Of a stretch of DNA of 64,000 nucleotides, positions 51,101-63,100 are shown one piece after another. Numbering within the stretch: the first letter of the stretch is position 1; each line of letters begins with the position of its first letter. The DNA is taken from the NCBI GenBank assembly GCA_964016885.1, contig OZ024742.1, positions 368,962,001 through 369,026,000 of the forward strand. The letters are read 5' to 3'. The notes under the pieces were generated by a model. It ran no database searches. It saw nothing but the letters and a program-made list of their open reading frames with translations, and had not been told where the DNA came from. Position numbers and translations under genes: made by a program. This DNA is from Eledone cirrhosa. Taxonomy: Eukaryota.

Positions 51101-54100
51101 TCTCACTAGTTAGTACTTAACCCTGGAGGAGGAGGGACAGCAAGACAAAGCTGGTGTTTTGTATCTCACTAGTTAGTACTTAACCCTGGAGGAGGGGGGA
51201 CAGCAAGACAAAGCTGGTGTTTTGTATCTCACTAGTTAGTACTTAACCCTGGAGGAGGGGGGACAGCAAGACAAAGCTGGTGTTTTGTATCTCACTAGTT
51301 AGTACTTAACCCTGGAGGAGGGGGGACAGCAAGACAAAGCAGGTGTTTTGTATCTCACGAGTTAGTACTTAACCCTGGGGGAGGGGGGACAGCAAGACAA
51401 AGCAGGTGTTTTGTATCTCACTAGTTAGTACTTAACCCTGGGGGAGGGGGGACAGCAAGACAAAGCAGGTGTTTTGTATCTCACGAGTTAGTACTTAACC
51501 CTGGGGGAGGGGGGACAGCAAGACAAAGCAGGTGTTTTGTATCTCACGAGTTAGTACTTAACCCTGGGGGAGGGGGGACAGCAAGACAAAGCAGGTGTTT
51601 TGTATCTCACTAGTTAGTACTTAACCCTGGGGGAGGGGGGACAGCAAGACAAAGCAGGTGTTTTGTATCTCACGAGTTAGTACTTAACCGTGGGGGAGGG
51701 GGGACAGCAACAGACAAAGCTGGTGTTTTGTATCTCACTAGTTAGTACTTAACCCTGGAGGAGCGGGGACAGCAACAGACAAAGCTGGTGTTTTGTATGT
51801 CACTAGTTAGTACTTAACCCTGGGGGAGGGGGGACAGCAAGACAAAGCTGGTGTTTTGTATCTCACTAGTTAGTACTTAACCCTGGAGGAGCGGGGACAG
51901 CAACAGACAAAGCTGGTGTTTTGTATGTCACTAGTTAGTACTTAACCCTGAAGGAGGGGGACAGCAACAGACAGGGCTGGTGTTTTGTATGTCATTAGTT
52001 AGTACTTAACCCTGGAGGAGGGGGGACAGCAATAGACAAAGCTGGTGTTTTGTATCTCACTAGTTAGTACTTAACCCTGGAGGGGGACAGCAACAAAGCT
52101 GGTGTTTTGTATCTCACTAGATAGTACTTAAACCTGGAGGAGCGGGGACAGCAAGACAAAGCTGGTGTTTTGTATCTCACTATTTAGTACTTAACCCTGG
52201 AGGGGGGGGACAGCAAGACAAAGCTGGTGTTTTGTACCTCACTAATTAGTACTTAAACCTGGAGGAGCGGGGACAGCAACAGACAAAGCTGGTGTTTTGT
52301 ATCTCACTAGTTAGTACTTAACCCTGGAGGAGGGGGGACAGCAAGACAAAGCTGGTGTTTTGTATCTCACTAGTTAGTACTTAACCCTGGAGGAGGGGGG
52401 ACAGCAAGACAAAGCTGGTGTTTTGTATCTCACTAGTTAGTACTTAACCCTGGAGGAGGCGACAGCAAGACAAAGCAGGTGTTTTGTATCTCACGAGTTA
52501 GTACTTAACCCTGGGGGAGGGGGGACAGCAAGACAAAGCAGGTGTTTTGTATCTCACGAGTTAGTACTTTACCCTGGAGGAGCGGGGACAGCAACAGACA
52601 AAGCTGGTGTTTTGTATGTCACTAGTTAGTACTTAACCCTGGAGGAGCGGGGACAGCAACAGACAAAGCTGGTGTTTTGTATGTCACTAGTTAGTACTTA
52701 ACCCTGGAGGAGCAGGAACAGCAACAGACAAAGCTGGTGTTTTGTATGTCACTAGTTAGTACTTAACCCTGGAGGAGGGGGGACAGCAATAGACAAAGCT
52801 GGTGTTTTGTATCTCACTAGTTAGTACTTAACCATGAAAGAAGGGGGACAGCAAGACAAAGCTGGTGTTTTGTATCTCACTAGTTAGTACTTAACCCTGG
52901 GGGAGGGGGGACAGCAAGACAAAGCTGGTGTTTTGTATCTCACTAGTTAGTACTTAACCCTGGAGGAGGGGGGACACCAATAGACAAAGCTGGTGTTTTG
53001 TATCTCACTAGTTAGTACTTAACCCTGGAGGGGGACAGCAACAGACAAAGCTGGTGTTTTGTATCTCACTAGTTAGTACTTAACCCTGGAGGAAGGGGAC
53101 AGCAAGACAAAGCTGGTGTTTTGTATCTCACTAGTTAGTACTTAACCCTGGAGGAGGGGGGACAGCAAGACAAAGCTGGTGTTTTGTATCTCACTAGTTA
53201 GTACTTAACCCTGGAGGAGCGGGGACAGCAACAGACAAAGCTGGTGTTTTGTATCTCACTAGTTAGTACTTAACCCTGGAGGAGCGGGGACAGCAACAGA
53301 CAAAGCTGGTGTTTTGTATCTCACTAGGTAGTACTTAACCCTGGAGGAGCGGGGACAACAACAGACAAAGCTGGTGTTTTGTATGTCACTAGTTAGTACT
53401 TAACCCTGGAGGAGGGGGACAGCAATAGACAAAGCTGGTGTTTTGTATCTCACTAGTTAGTACTTAACCCTGGAGGGGGACAGCAACAGACAAAGCTGGT
53501 GTTTTGTATGTCACTAGTTAGTACTTAACCCTGGAGGAGGGGGGACAGCAATAGACAAAGCTGGTGTTTTGTATCTCACTAGTTAGTACTTAACCCTGGA
53601 AGGGGACAGCAACAGACAAAGCTGGTGTTTTGTATCTCACTAGTTAGTACTTAACCCTGGAGGAGCGGGGACAGCAACAGACAAAGCTGGTGTTTTGTAT
53701 GTCACTAGTTAGTACTTAACCCTGGAGGAGCGGGGACAGCAACAGACAAAGCTGGTGTTTTGTATGTCACTAGTTAGTACTTAACCCTGGAGGAGCGGGG
53801 ACAGCAACAGACAAAGCTGGTGTTTTGTATCTCACTAGTTAGTACTTAACTCTGGAGGAGGGGGGACAGCAATAGACAAAGCTGGTCTTTTGTATCTCAC
53901 TAGTTAGTACTTAACCCTGGAGGGGGACAGCAACAGACAAAGCTGGTGTTTTGTATCTCACTAGTTAGTACTTAAACCTGGAGGAGGGGGCACAGCAACA
54001 GACAAAGCTGGTGTTTTGTATCTCACTAGTTATTACTTAACCCTGGAGGAGGGGGGACAGCAACAGACAAAGCTGGTGTTTTGTATCTCACTAGTTAGTA

Positions 54101-57100
54101 CTTAACCCTGTAGGAGGGGGACAGCAAGACAAAGCTGGTGTTTTGTATCTCACTAGTTAGTACTTAACCCTGGAGGAGGGGGGACAGCAACAGACATAGC
54201 TGGTGGTTTGTATCTCACTAGTTAGAACTTAACCCTGGAGGAGAGGGGACAGCAAGACAAAGCTGGTATTTTGTATCTCACTAGTTAGTACTTAACCCTG
54301 GAGGAGGGGGGACAGCAAGACAAAGCTGGTGTTTTGTATCTCACTAGTTAGTACTTAACCCTGGAGGAGGGGGGACAGCAAGACAAATCTGGTGTTTTGT
54401 ATCTCACTAGTTAGTACTTAACCCTGTAGGAGGGGGACAGCAAGACAAAGCGGGTGTCTTGTATCTCACTAGTTAGTACTTAACCCTGGAGGAGGGGGGA
54501 CAGCAAGACAAAGCTCATGTTTTGTATCTCACTAGTTAGTAGTTAACCCTGGAGGAGGGGGGACAGCAACAGACAAAGCTGGTGTTTTGTATCTCACTAG
54601 TTAGTACTTAACGCTGGAGGAGGGGGACAGCAAGACAAAGCAGGTGTTTTGTATCTCACTAGTTAGTACTTAACCCTGGAGGAGGGGGACAGCAAGACAA
54701 AGCTCATGTTTTGTATCTCACTAGTTAGTAGTTAACCCTGGAGGAGGGGGGACAGCAACAGACAAAGCTGGTGTTTTGTATCTCACTAGTTAGTACTTAA
54801 CCCTGGAGGAGGGGGGGGGGGACAGTAAGACAAAGCTGGTGTTTTGTATCTCACTAGTTAGTACTTAACCCTGGAGGGGGACAGCAACAGACAAAGTTGG
54901 TGTTTTGTATCTCACGAGTTAGTACTTAACCCTGGAGGAGGGGGGACAGCAAGACAAAGCAGGTGTTTTGTATCTCACTAGTTAGTACTTAACCCTGGAG
55001 GGGGACAGCAACAGACAAAGTTGGTGTTTTGTATCTCACTAGATAGTACTTAACCCTGGAGGAGGGGGGATAGCAAGACAAAGCTGGTGTTTTGTATCTC
55101 ACTAGTTAGTACTTAACCTTGGAGAAGGGGGTACAACAACAGACAAAGCTGGTGTTTTGTATCTCACTAGTTAGTACTTAACCCTGGAGGAGAGGGACAG
55201 CAAGACAAAGCAGGTGTTTTATATCTCACGAGTTAGTACTTAACCCTGGAGGAGGGGGACAGCAAGACAAAGCAGGTGTTTTATATCTCACGAGTTAGTA
55301 CTTAACCCTGGAGGAGGGGGGACAGCAACAGACAAAGCTGGTTTTTTGTATCTCACTAGTTAGTACTTAACCCTGGAGGAGGGGAGACAGCAACAGACAA
55401 AGCTGGTGTTTTGTATCTCACTAGTTAGTACTTAAACCTCGAGGAGGGGGACAGCAACAGACAAAGCTGGTGTTTTGTATCTCACTAGTTGGTACTTAAC
55501 CCTGGAGGAAGGGGACAGCAAGACAAAGCTGGTGTTTTGTATCTCACTAGTTAGTACTTAACCCTGGAGGAGGGGGGACAGCAAGACAAAGCAGGTGTTT
55601 TGTATCTCACGAGTTTGTACTTAACCCTGGAGGAGCGGGGACAGCAACAGACAAAGCTGGTGTTTTGTATGTCACTAGTTAGTACTTAACCCTGGAGGAG
55701 CGGGGACAGCAACAGACAAAGCTGGTGTTTTGTATGTCACTAGTTAGTACTTAACCCTGGAGGAGCAGGAACAGCAACAGACAAAGCTGGTGTTTTGTAT
55801 GTCACTAGTTAGTACTTAACCCTGGAGGAGGGGGGACAGCAATAGACAAAGCTGGTGTTTTGTATCTCACTAGTTAGTACTTAACCATGAAGGAAGGGGG
55901 ACAGCAAGACAAAGCTGGTGTTTTGTATCTCACTAGTTAGTACTTAACCCTGGGGGAGGGGGGACAGCAAGACAAAGCTGGTGTTTTGTATCTCACTAGT
56001 TAGTACTTAACCCTGGAGGAGGGGGGACACCAATAGACAAAGCTGGTGTTTTGTATCTCACTAGTTAGTACTTAACCCTGGAGGGGGACAGCAACAGACA
56101 AAGCTGGTGTTTTGTATCTCACTAGTTAGTACTTAACCCTGGAGGAGCGGGGACAGCAACAGACAAAGCTGGTGTTTTGTATGTCACTAGTTAGTACTTA
56201 ACCCTGGAGGAGCGGGGGCAGCAACAGACAAAGCTGGTGTTTTGTATCTCACTAGTTAGTACTTAACCCTGGAGGAGGGGGGACAGCAATAGACAAAGCT
56301 GGTCTTTTGTATCTCACTAGTTAGTACTTAACCCTGGAGGAGGGGGACAGCAACAGACAAAGCTGGTGTTTTGTATCTCACTAGTTAGTACTTAACCATG
56401 AAGGAGGGGGGACAGCAACAGACAAAGCTGGTGCTTTGTATCTCACTAGTTAGTACTTAACACTGGAGGAGGGGGACGGCAAGACAAAGCTGGTGTTTTG
56501 TATCTCACTAGTTAGTACTTAACCCTGGAGGAGGGGGGACAGCAACAGACAGAGCTGGTGTTTTGTATCTCACTAGTTAGTACTTAACCCTGGGGGAGGG
56601 GGGACAGCAGGACAAAGCAGGTGTTTTGTATCTCACGAGTTAGTACTTAACGCTGGAGGAGCGGGGACAGCAACAGACAAAGCTGGTGTTTTGTATCTCA
56701 CTAGTTAGTACTTAACCCTGGAGGAGCGGGGACAGCAACAGACAAAGCTGGTGTTTTGTATGTCACTAGTTAGTACTTAACCCTGGAGGAGCGGGGACAG
56801 CAACAGACAAAGCTGGTGTTTTGTATGTCACTAGTTAGTACTTAACCCTGGAGGAGCAGGAACAGCAACAGACAAAGCTGGTGTTTTGTATGTCACTAGT
56901 TAGTACTTAACCCTGGAGGAGGGGGGACAGCAATAGACAAAGCTGGTGTTTTGTATCTCACTAGTTAGTACTTAACCATGAAGGAAGGGGGACAGCAAGA
57001 CAAAGCTGGTGTTTTGTATCTCACTAGTTAGTACTTAACCCTGGGGGAGGGGGGACAGCAATACAAAGCTGGTGTTTTGTATCTCACTAGTTAGTACTTA

Positions 57101-60100
57101 ACCCTGGAGGAGGGGGGACAGCAACAGACAGAGCTGGTGTTTTGTATCTCACTAGTTAGTACTTAACCCTGGAGGAGCAGGGACAGCAACAGACAAAGCT
57201 GGTGTTTTGTATGTCACTAGTTAGTACTTAACCCTGGAGGAGGGGGGACAGCAATAGACAAAGCTGGTCTTTTGTATCTCACTAGTTAGTACTTAACCCT
57301 GGAGGGGGACAGCAACAGACAAAGCTGGTGTTTTGTATCTCACTAGTTAGTACTTAACCCTGGAGGAGGGGGGACAGCAATAGACAAAGCTGGTCTTTTG
57401 TATCTCACTAGTTAGTACTTAACCCTGGAGGGGGACAGCAACAGACAAAGCTGGTGTTTTGTATCTCACTAGTTAGTACTTAACACTGGAGGAGGCGGAC
57501 GGCAAGACAAAGCTGGAGTTTTGTATCTCACTAGTTAGTACTTAACACTGGAGGAGGGGGACGGCAAGACAAAGCTGGTGTTTTGTATCTCACTAGTTAG
57601 GACTTAACCATGAAGGAGGGGGGACAGCAACAGACAAAGCTGGTATTTTGTATCTCACTAGTTAGTACTTAACCCTGGAGGAGGGGGGACAGCAACAGAC
57701 AGAGCTGGTATTTTGTATCTCACTAGTTAATACTTAACCCTGGAGGAGGGGGGACAGCAACAGACAAAGCTGGTGTTTTGTATCTCACTAGTTAGTACTT
57801 AACCCTGGAGGAGGGGCACGGCAAGACAAAGCTGGTGTTTTGTATCTCACTAGTTAGTACTTAACCCTGGAGGAGGGGGACAGCAACAGACAAAGCTGGT
57901 GATTTGTATCTCACTAGTTAGTACTTAACCCTGGGGGAGGGGGGACAGCAAGACAAAGCTGGTGTTTTGTATCTCACTAGTTAGTACTTAACACTGGAGG
58001 AGGGGGACGGCAAGACAAAGCTGGTGTTTTGTATCTCACCAGTTAGTACTTAACCCTGGAGGAGGGGGGACAGCAACAGACAAAACTGGTGTTTTGTATC
58101 TCACTAGTTAGTACTTAACCCTGGAGGAGGGGGGAAAGCAAGAAATAGCTGGTGTTTTGTATCTCACTAGTTAGTACTTAACCCTGGAGGAGGGGGGAAA
58201 GCAAGAAATAGCTGGTGTTTTGTATCTCACTAGTTAGTACTTAACACTGGAGGAGGGGGACAGCAACAGACAAAGCTGGTGTTTTGTATCTCACTAGTTA
58301 GTACCTAACCCTGGAGGAGGGTGGACAGCAAGACAAAGCTGGTGTTTTGTATCTCACTAGTTAGTACTTAACCCTGGAGGAGGGGGGACAGCAAGACAAA
58401 GCTGGTGTTTTGTATCTCACTAGTTAGGACTTAACTCTGGAGGAGGGGGGACAGCAACAGACAAAGCTGGTGTTTTGTATCTCACTAGTTAGTACTTAAC
58501 CCTGGAGGAGGGGGGACAGCAAGACAAAGCTGGTGTTTTGTATCTCACTAGTTAGTACTTAACCCTGGAGGAGGGGGGACAGCAAGACAAAGCTGGTGTT
58601 TTGTATCTCACTAGTTAGTACTTAACTCTGGAGGAGGGGGGACAGCAACAGACAAAGCTGGTGTTTTGTATCTCACTAGTTAGTACTTAACACTGGACGA
58701 GGGGGGAAAGCAAGAAATAGACAAAGCTGGTGTTTTGTATCTCACTAGTTAGTACTTAACCCTGGAGGAGGGGGGACAGCAAGACAAAGCTGGTGTTTTG
58801 TATCTCACTAGTTAATACTTAACCCTGGAGGAGAGGGACATCAACAGGCAAAGCTGGTGTTTTGTATCTCACTAGTTAGTACTTAACCCTGGAGGAGAGG
58901 GACAGCAAGACAAAGCTGGTGTTTTGTATCTCACTAGTTAGTACTAAACCCTGGAGGAGGGGGGACAGCAACAGACAAAGCTGGTGTTTTGTATCTCAGT
59001 AGTTAGTACTTAACCCTGGAGGAGGGGGACAGCAACAGACAAAGCTGGTGTTTTGTATCTCACTAGTTAGTACTTAACCCTGGAGGAGCGGGGACAGCAA
59101 CAGACAAAGCTGGTGTTTTGTATCGCACTAGTTAGTACTTAACACTGGAGGAGGGGGGACAGCAAGACAAAGCTGGTGTTTTGTATCTCACTAGTTAGTA
59201 CTTAACCCTGGAGGAGGGGGGACAGCAACAGAGAAAGCTGGTTTTTGTATCTCACTAGTTAGTACTTAACCCTGGATGAGGGGGGACAGCAACAGACAAA
59301 GCTGGTGTTTTGTATCTCACTAGTTAGTACTTAACCCTGGAGGAGGGGGACAGCAACAGACAAAGCTGGTCTTTTGTATCTCACTAGTTAGTACTTAACC
59401 CTGGAGGAGGGTGACAGCAACAGACAAAGCTGGTGCTTTGTATCTCACTAGTTAGTACTTAACCCTGGGGGAGGGGGACAGCAAGACAAAGCAGGTGTTT
59501 TGTATCTCACTAGTTAGTACTTAACCCTGGAAGGGGACAGTAACAGTCAAAGCTGGTGTTTTGTATCTCACTAGTTAGTACTTAACCCTGGAGGAGGGGG
59601 ACAGCAACAGACAAAGCTGGTGTTTTGTATCTCACTAGTTAGTACTTAACCCTGGAGGAGGGGGGACAGCAAGACAAGGCTGGTGTTTTGTATCTCACTA
59701 GTTAGTACTTAACCCTGGGGGAGGGGGGACAGCAAGACAAAGCAGGTGTTTTGTATCTCGCTAGTTAGTACTTAACCCTGGAGGGGGACAGCAACAGACA
59801 AAGCTGGTGTTTTGTATCTCACGAGTTAGTACTTAACCCTGGAGGAGGGGGGGACAGCAATACAAAGCAAGTGTTTTGTATCTCACGAGTTAGTACTTAA
59901 CCCTGGGGGAGGGGGGACAGCAAGACAAAGCAGGTGTTTTGTATCTCACGTGTTAGTACTTAACCCTGGAGGGGGACAGCAACAGACAAAGTTGGTGTTT
60001 GTATCTCACGAGTTAGTACTTAACCCTGGGGGAGGGGGGACAGCAAGACAAAGCAGGTGTTTTATATCTCACGAGTTAGTACTTAACCCTGGAGGAGGGG

Positions 60101-63100
60101 GACAGCAACAGACAAAGCTGGTGTTTTGTATCTCACTAGTTAGTACTTAACCCTGGAGGGGGACAGCAACAGACAAAGCTGGTGTTTTGTATCTCACTAG
60201 TTAGTACTTAACCCTGGAGGAGGGGGGACAGCAAGACAAAGCTGGTGTTTTGTATCTCACTAGTTAGTACTTAACCCTGGAGGAGGGGGGACAGCAACAG
60301 ACAAAGCTGGTGTTTTGTATCTCACTAGTTAGTACTTAACCCTGGAGGAGGGGGGACAGCAACAGACAAAGCTGGTGTTTTGTATCTCACTAGTTAGTAC
60401 TTAAACCTGGAGGAGGGGGACAGCAACAGACAAAGCTGGTGTTTTGTATCTCACTAGTTAGTACTTAACCCTGGAGGAAGGGGACAGCAAGACAAAGCTG
60501 GTGTTTTGTATCTCACTAGTTAGTACTTAACCCTGGAGGAGGGGGGACAGCAAGACAAAGCTGGTGTTTTGTATCTCACTAGTTAGTACTTAACCCTGGA
60601 GGAGCGGGGACAGCAACAGACAAAGCTGGCGTTTTGTATCTCACTAGTTAGTACTTAACCCTGGAGGAACGGGGACAGCAACAGACAAAGCTGGTGTTTT
60701 GTATCTCACTAGGTAGTACTTAACCCTGGAGGAGCGGGGACAACAACAGACAAAGCTGGTGTTTTGTATGTCACTAGTTAGTACTTAACCCTGGAGGAGG
60801 GGGGACAGCAATAGACAAAGCTGGTGTTTTGTATCTCACTAGTTAGTACTTAACCCTGGAGGGGGACAGCAACAGACAAAGCTGGTGTTTTGTATCTCAC
60901 TAGTTAGTACTTAAACCTGGAGGAGCAGGGACAGCAACAGACAAAGCTGGTGTTTTGTATCTCACTAGTTAGTACTTAACCCTGGAGGAGGGGGACAGCA
61001 ACAGACAAAGCTGGTGTTTTGTATCTCACTAGTTAGTACTTAACCCTGGAAGGGGACAGCAACAGACAAAGCTGGTGTTTTGTATCTCACTAGTTAGTAC
61101 TTAACCCTGGAGGAGCGGGGACAGCAACAGACAAAGCTGGTGTTTTGTATGTCACTAGTTAGTACTTAACCCTGGAGGAGGGGGGACAGCAATAGACAAA
61201 GCTGGTGTTTTGTATCTCACTAGTTAGTACTTAACCCTGGAAGGGGACAGCAACAGACATAGCTGGTGTTTTGTATCTCACTAGTTAGTACTTAACCCTG
61301 GAGGAGCGGGGACAGCAACAGACAAAGCTGGTGTTTTGTATGTCACTAGTTAGTACTTAACCCTGGAGGAGCGGGGACAGCAACAGACAAAGCTGGTGTT
61401 TTGTATGTCACTAGTTAGTACTTAACCCTGGAGGAGCGGGGACAGCAACAGACAAAGCTGGTGTTTTGTATCTCACTAGTTAGTACTTAACCCTGGAGGA
61501 GGGGGGACAGCAATAGACAAAGCTGGTCTTTTGTATCTCACTAGTTAGTACTTAACCCTGGAGGGGGACAGCAACAGACAAAGCTGGTGTTTTGTATCTC
61601 ACTAGTTAGTACTTAAACCTGGAGGAGGGAGCACAGCAACAGACAAAGCTGGTGTTTTCTATCTCACTAGTTATTACTTAACCCTGGAGGAGGGGGGACA
61701 GCAACAGACAAAGCTGGTGTTTTGTATCTCACTAGTTAGTACTTAACCCTGGAGGAGGGGGGACAGCAAGACAAAGCTGGTGTTTTGTATCTCACTAGTT
61801 AGTACTTAACCCTGGAGGAGGGGGGACAGCAAGACAAATCTGGTGTTTTGTATCTCACTAGTTAGTACTTAACCCTGTAGGAGGGGGACAGCAAGACAAA
61901 GCTGTTGTCTTGTATCTCACTAGTTAGTACTTAACCCTGGAGGAGGGGGGACAGCAAGACAAAGCTCATGTTTTGTATCTCACTAGTTAGTAGTTAACCC
62001 TGGAGGAGGGGGGACAGCAACAGACAAAGCTGGTGTTTTGTATCTCACTAGTTAGTACTTGACCCTGGAGGAGGGGGGGGACAGTAAGACAAAGCTGGTG
62101 TTTTGTATCTCACTAGTTAGTACTTAACCCTGGAGGGGGACTGCAACAGACAAAGTTGGTGTTTTGTATCTCACTAGATAGTACTTAACCCTGGAGGAGG
62201 GGGACAGCAACAGACAAAGCTGGTGTTTTGTATCTCACTAGTTAGTACTTAACCTTGGAGAAGGGGGTACAACAACAGACAAAGCTGGTGTTTTGTATCT
62301 CACGAGTTAGTACTTAACCCTGGAGGAGGGGGGACAGCAAGACAAAGCAGGTGTTTTGTATCTCACTAGTTAGTACTTAACCCTGGAGGGGGACTGCAAC
62401 AGACAAAGTTGGTGTTTTGTATCTCACTAGATAGTACTTAACCCTGGAGGAGGGGGACAGCAACAGACAAAGCTGGTGTTTTGTATCTCACTAGTTAGTA
62501 TTTAACCTTGGAGAAGGGGGTACAACAACAGACAAAGCTGGTGTTTTGTATCTCACGAGTTAGTACTTAACCCTGCAGGAGGGGGGACAGCAAGACAAAG
62601 CAGGTGTTTTATATCTCACGAGTTAGTACTTAACACTGGAGGAGGGGGGACAGCAACAGACAAAGCTGGTGTTTTGTATCTCACTAGTTAGTACTTAACC
62701 CTGGAGGAAGGGGACAGCAAGACAAAGCTGGTGTTTTGTATCTCACTAGTTAGTACTTAACCCTGGAGGAGGGGGGACAGCAAGACAAAGCTGGTGTTTT
62801 GTATCTCACTAGTTAGTACTTAACCCTGGAGGAGGGGGACAGCAACAGACAAAGCTGGTGTTTTGTATCTCACTAGTTAGTACTTAACCTTGGAGAAGGG
62901 GGTACAACAACAGACAAAGCTGGTGTTTTGTATCTCACGAGTTAGTACTTAACCCTGGAGGAGGGGGGACAGCAAGACAAAGCAGGTGTTTTGTATCTCA
63001 CTAGTTAGTACTTAACCCTGGAGGAGGGGGGACAGCAATAGACAAAGCTGGTGTTTTGTATCTCACTAGTTAGTACTTAACCCTGGAGGGGGACAGCAAC

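Noticed and set aside
4198-54822. Unusually long G-runs (e.g. ~4198, ~5608, ~54811) as functional marks
   Set aside because: Homopolymer length is prone to slippage and sequencing error and cannot be trusted without reads.
59950-60150. 66-aa repetitive ORF
   Set aside because: It is a chance opening where CACTAG-to-CACGAG variants remove the stop. Variable monomer length (61-65 bp) shifts frames, so the satellite is not a coding repeat.
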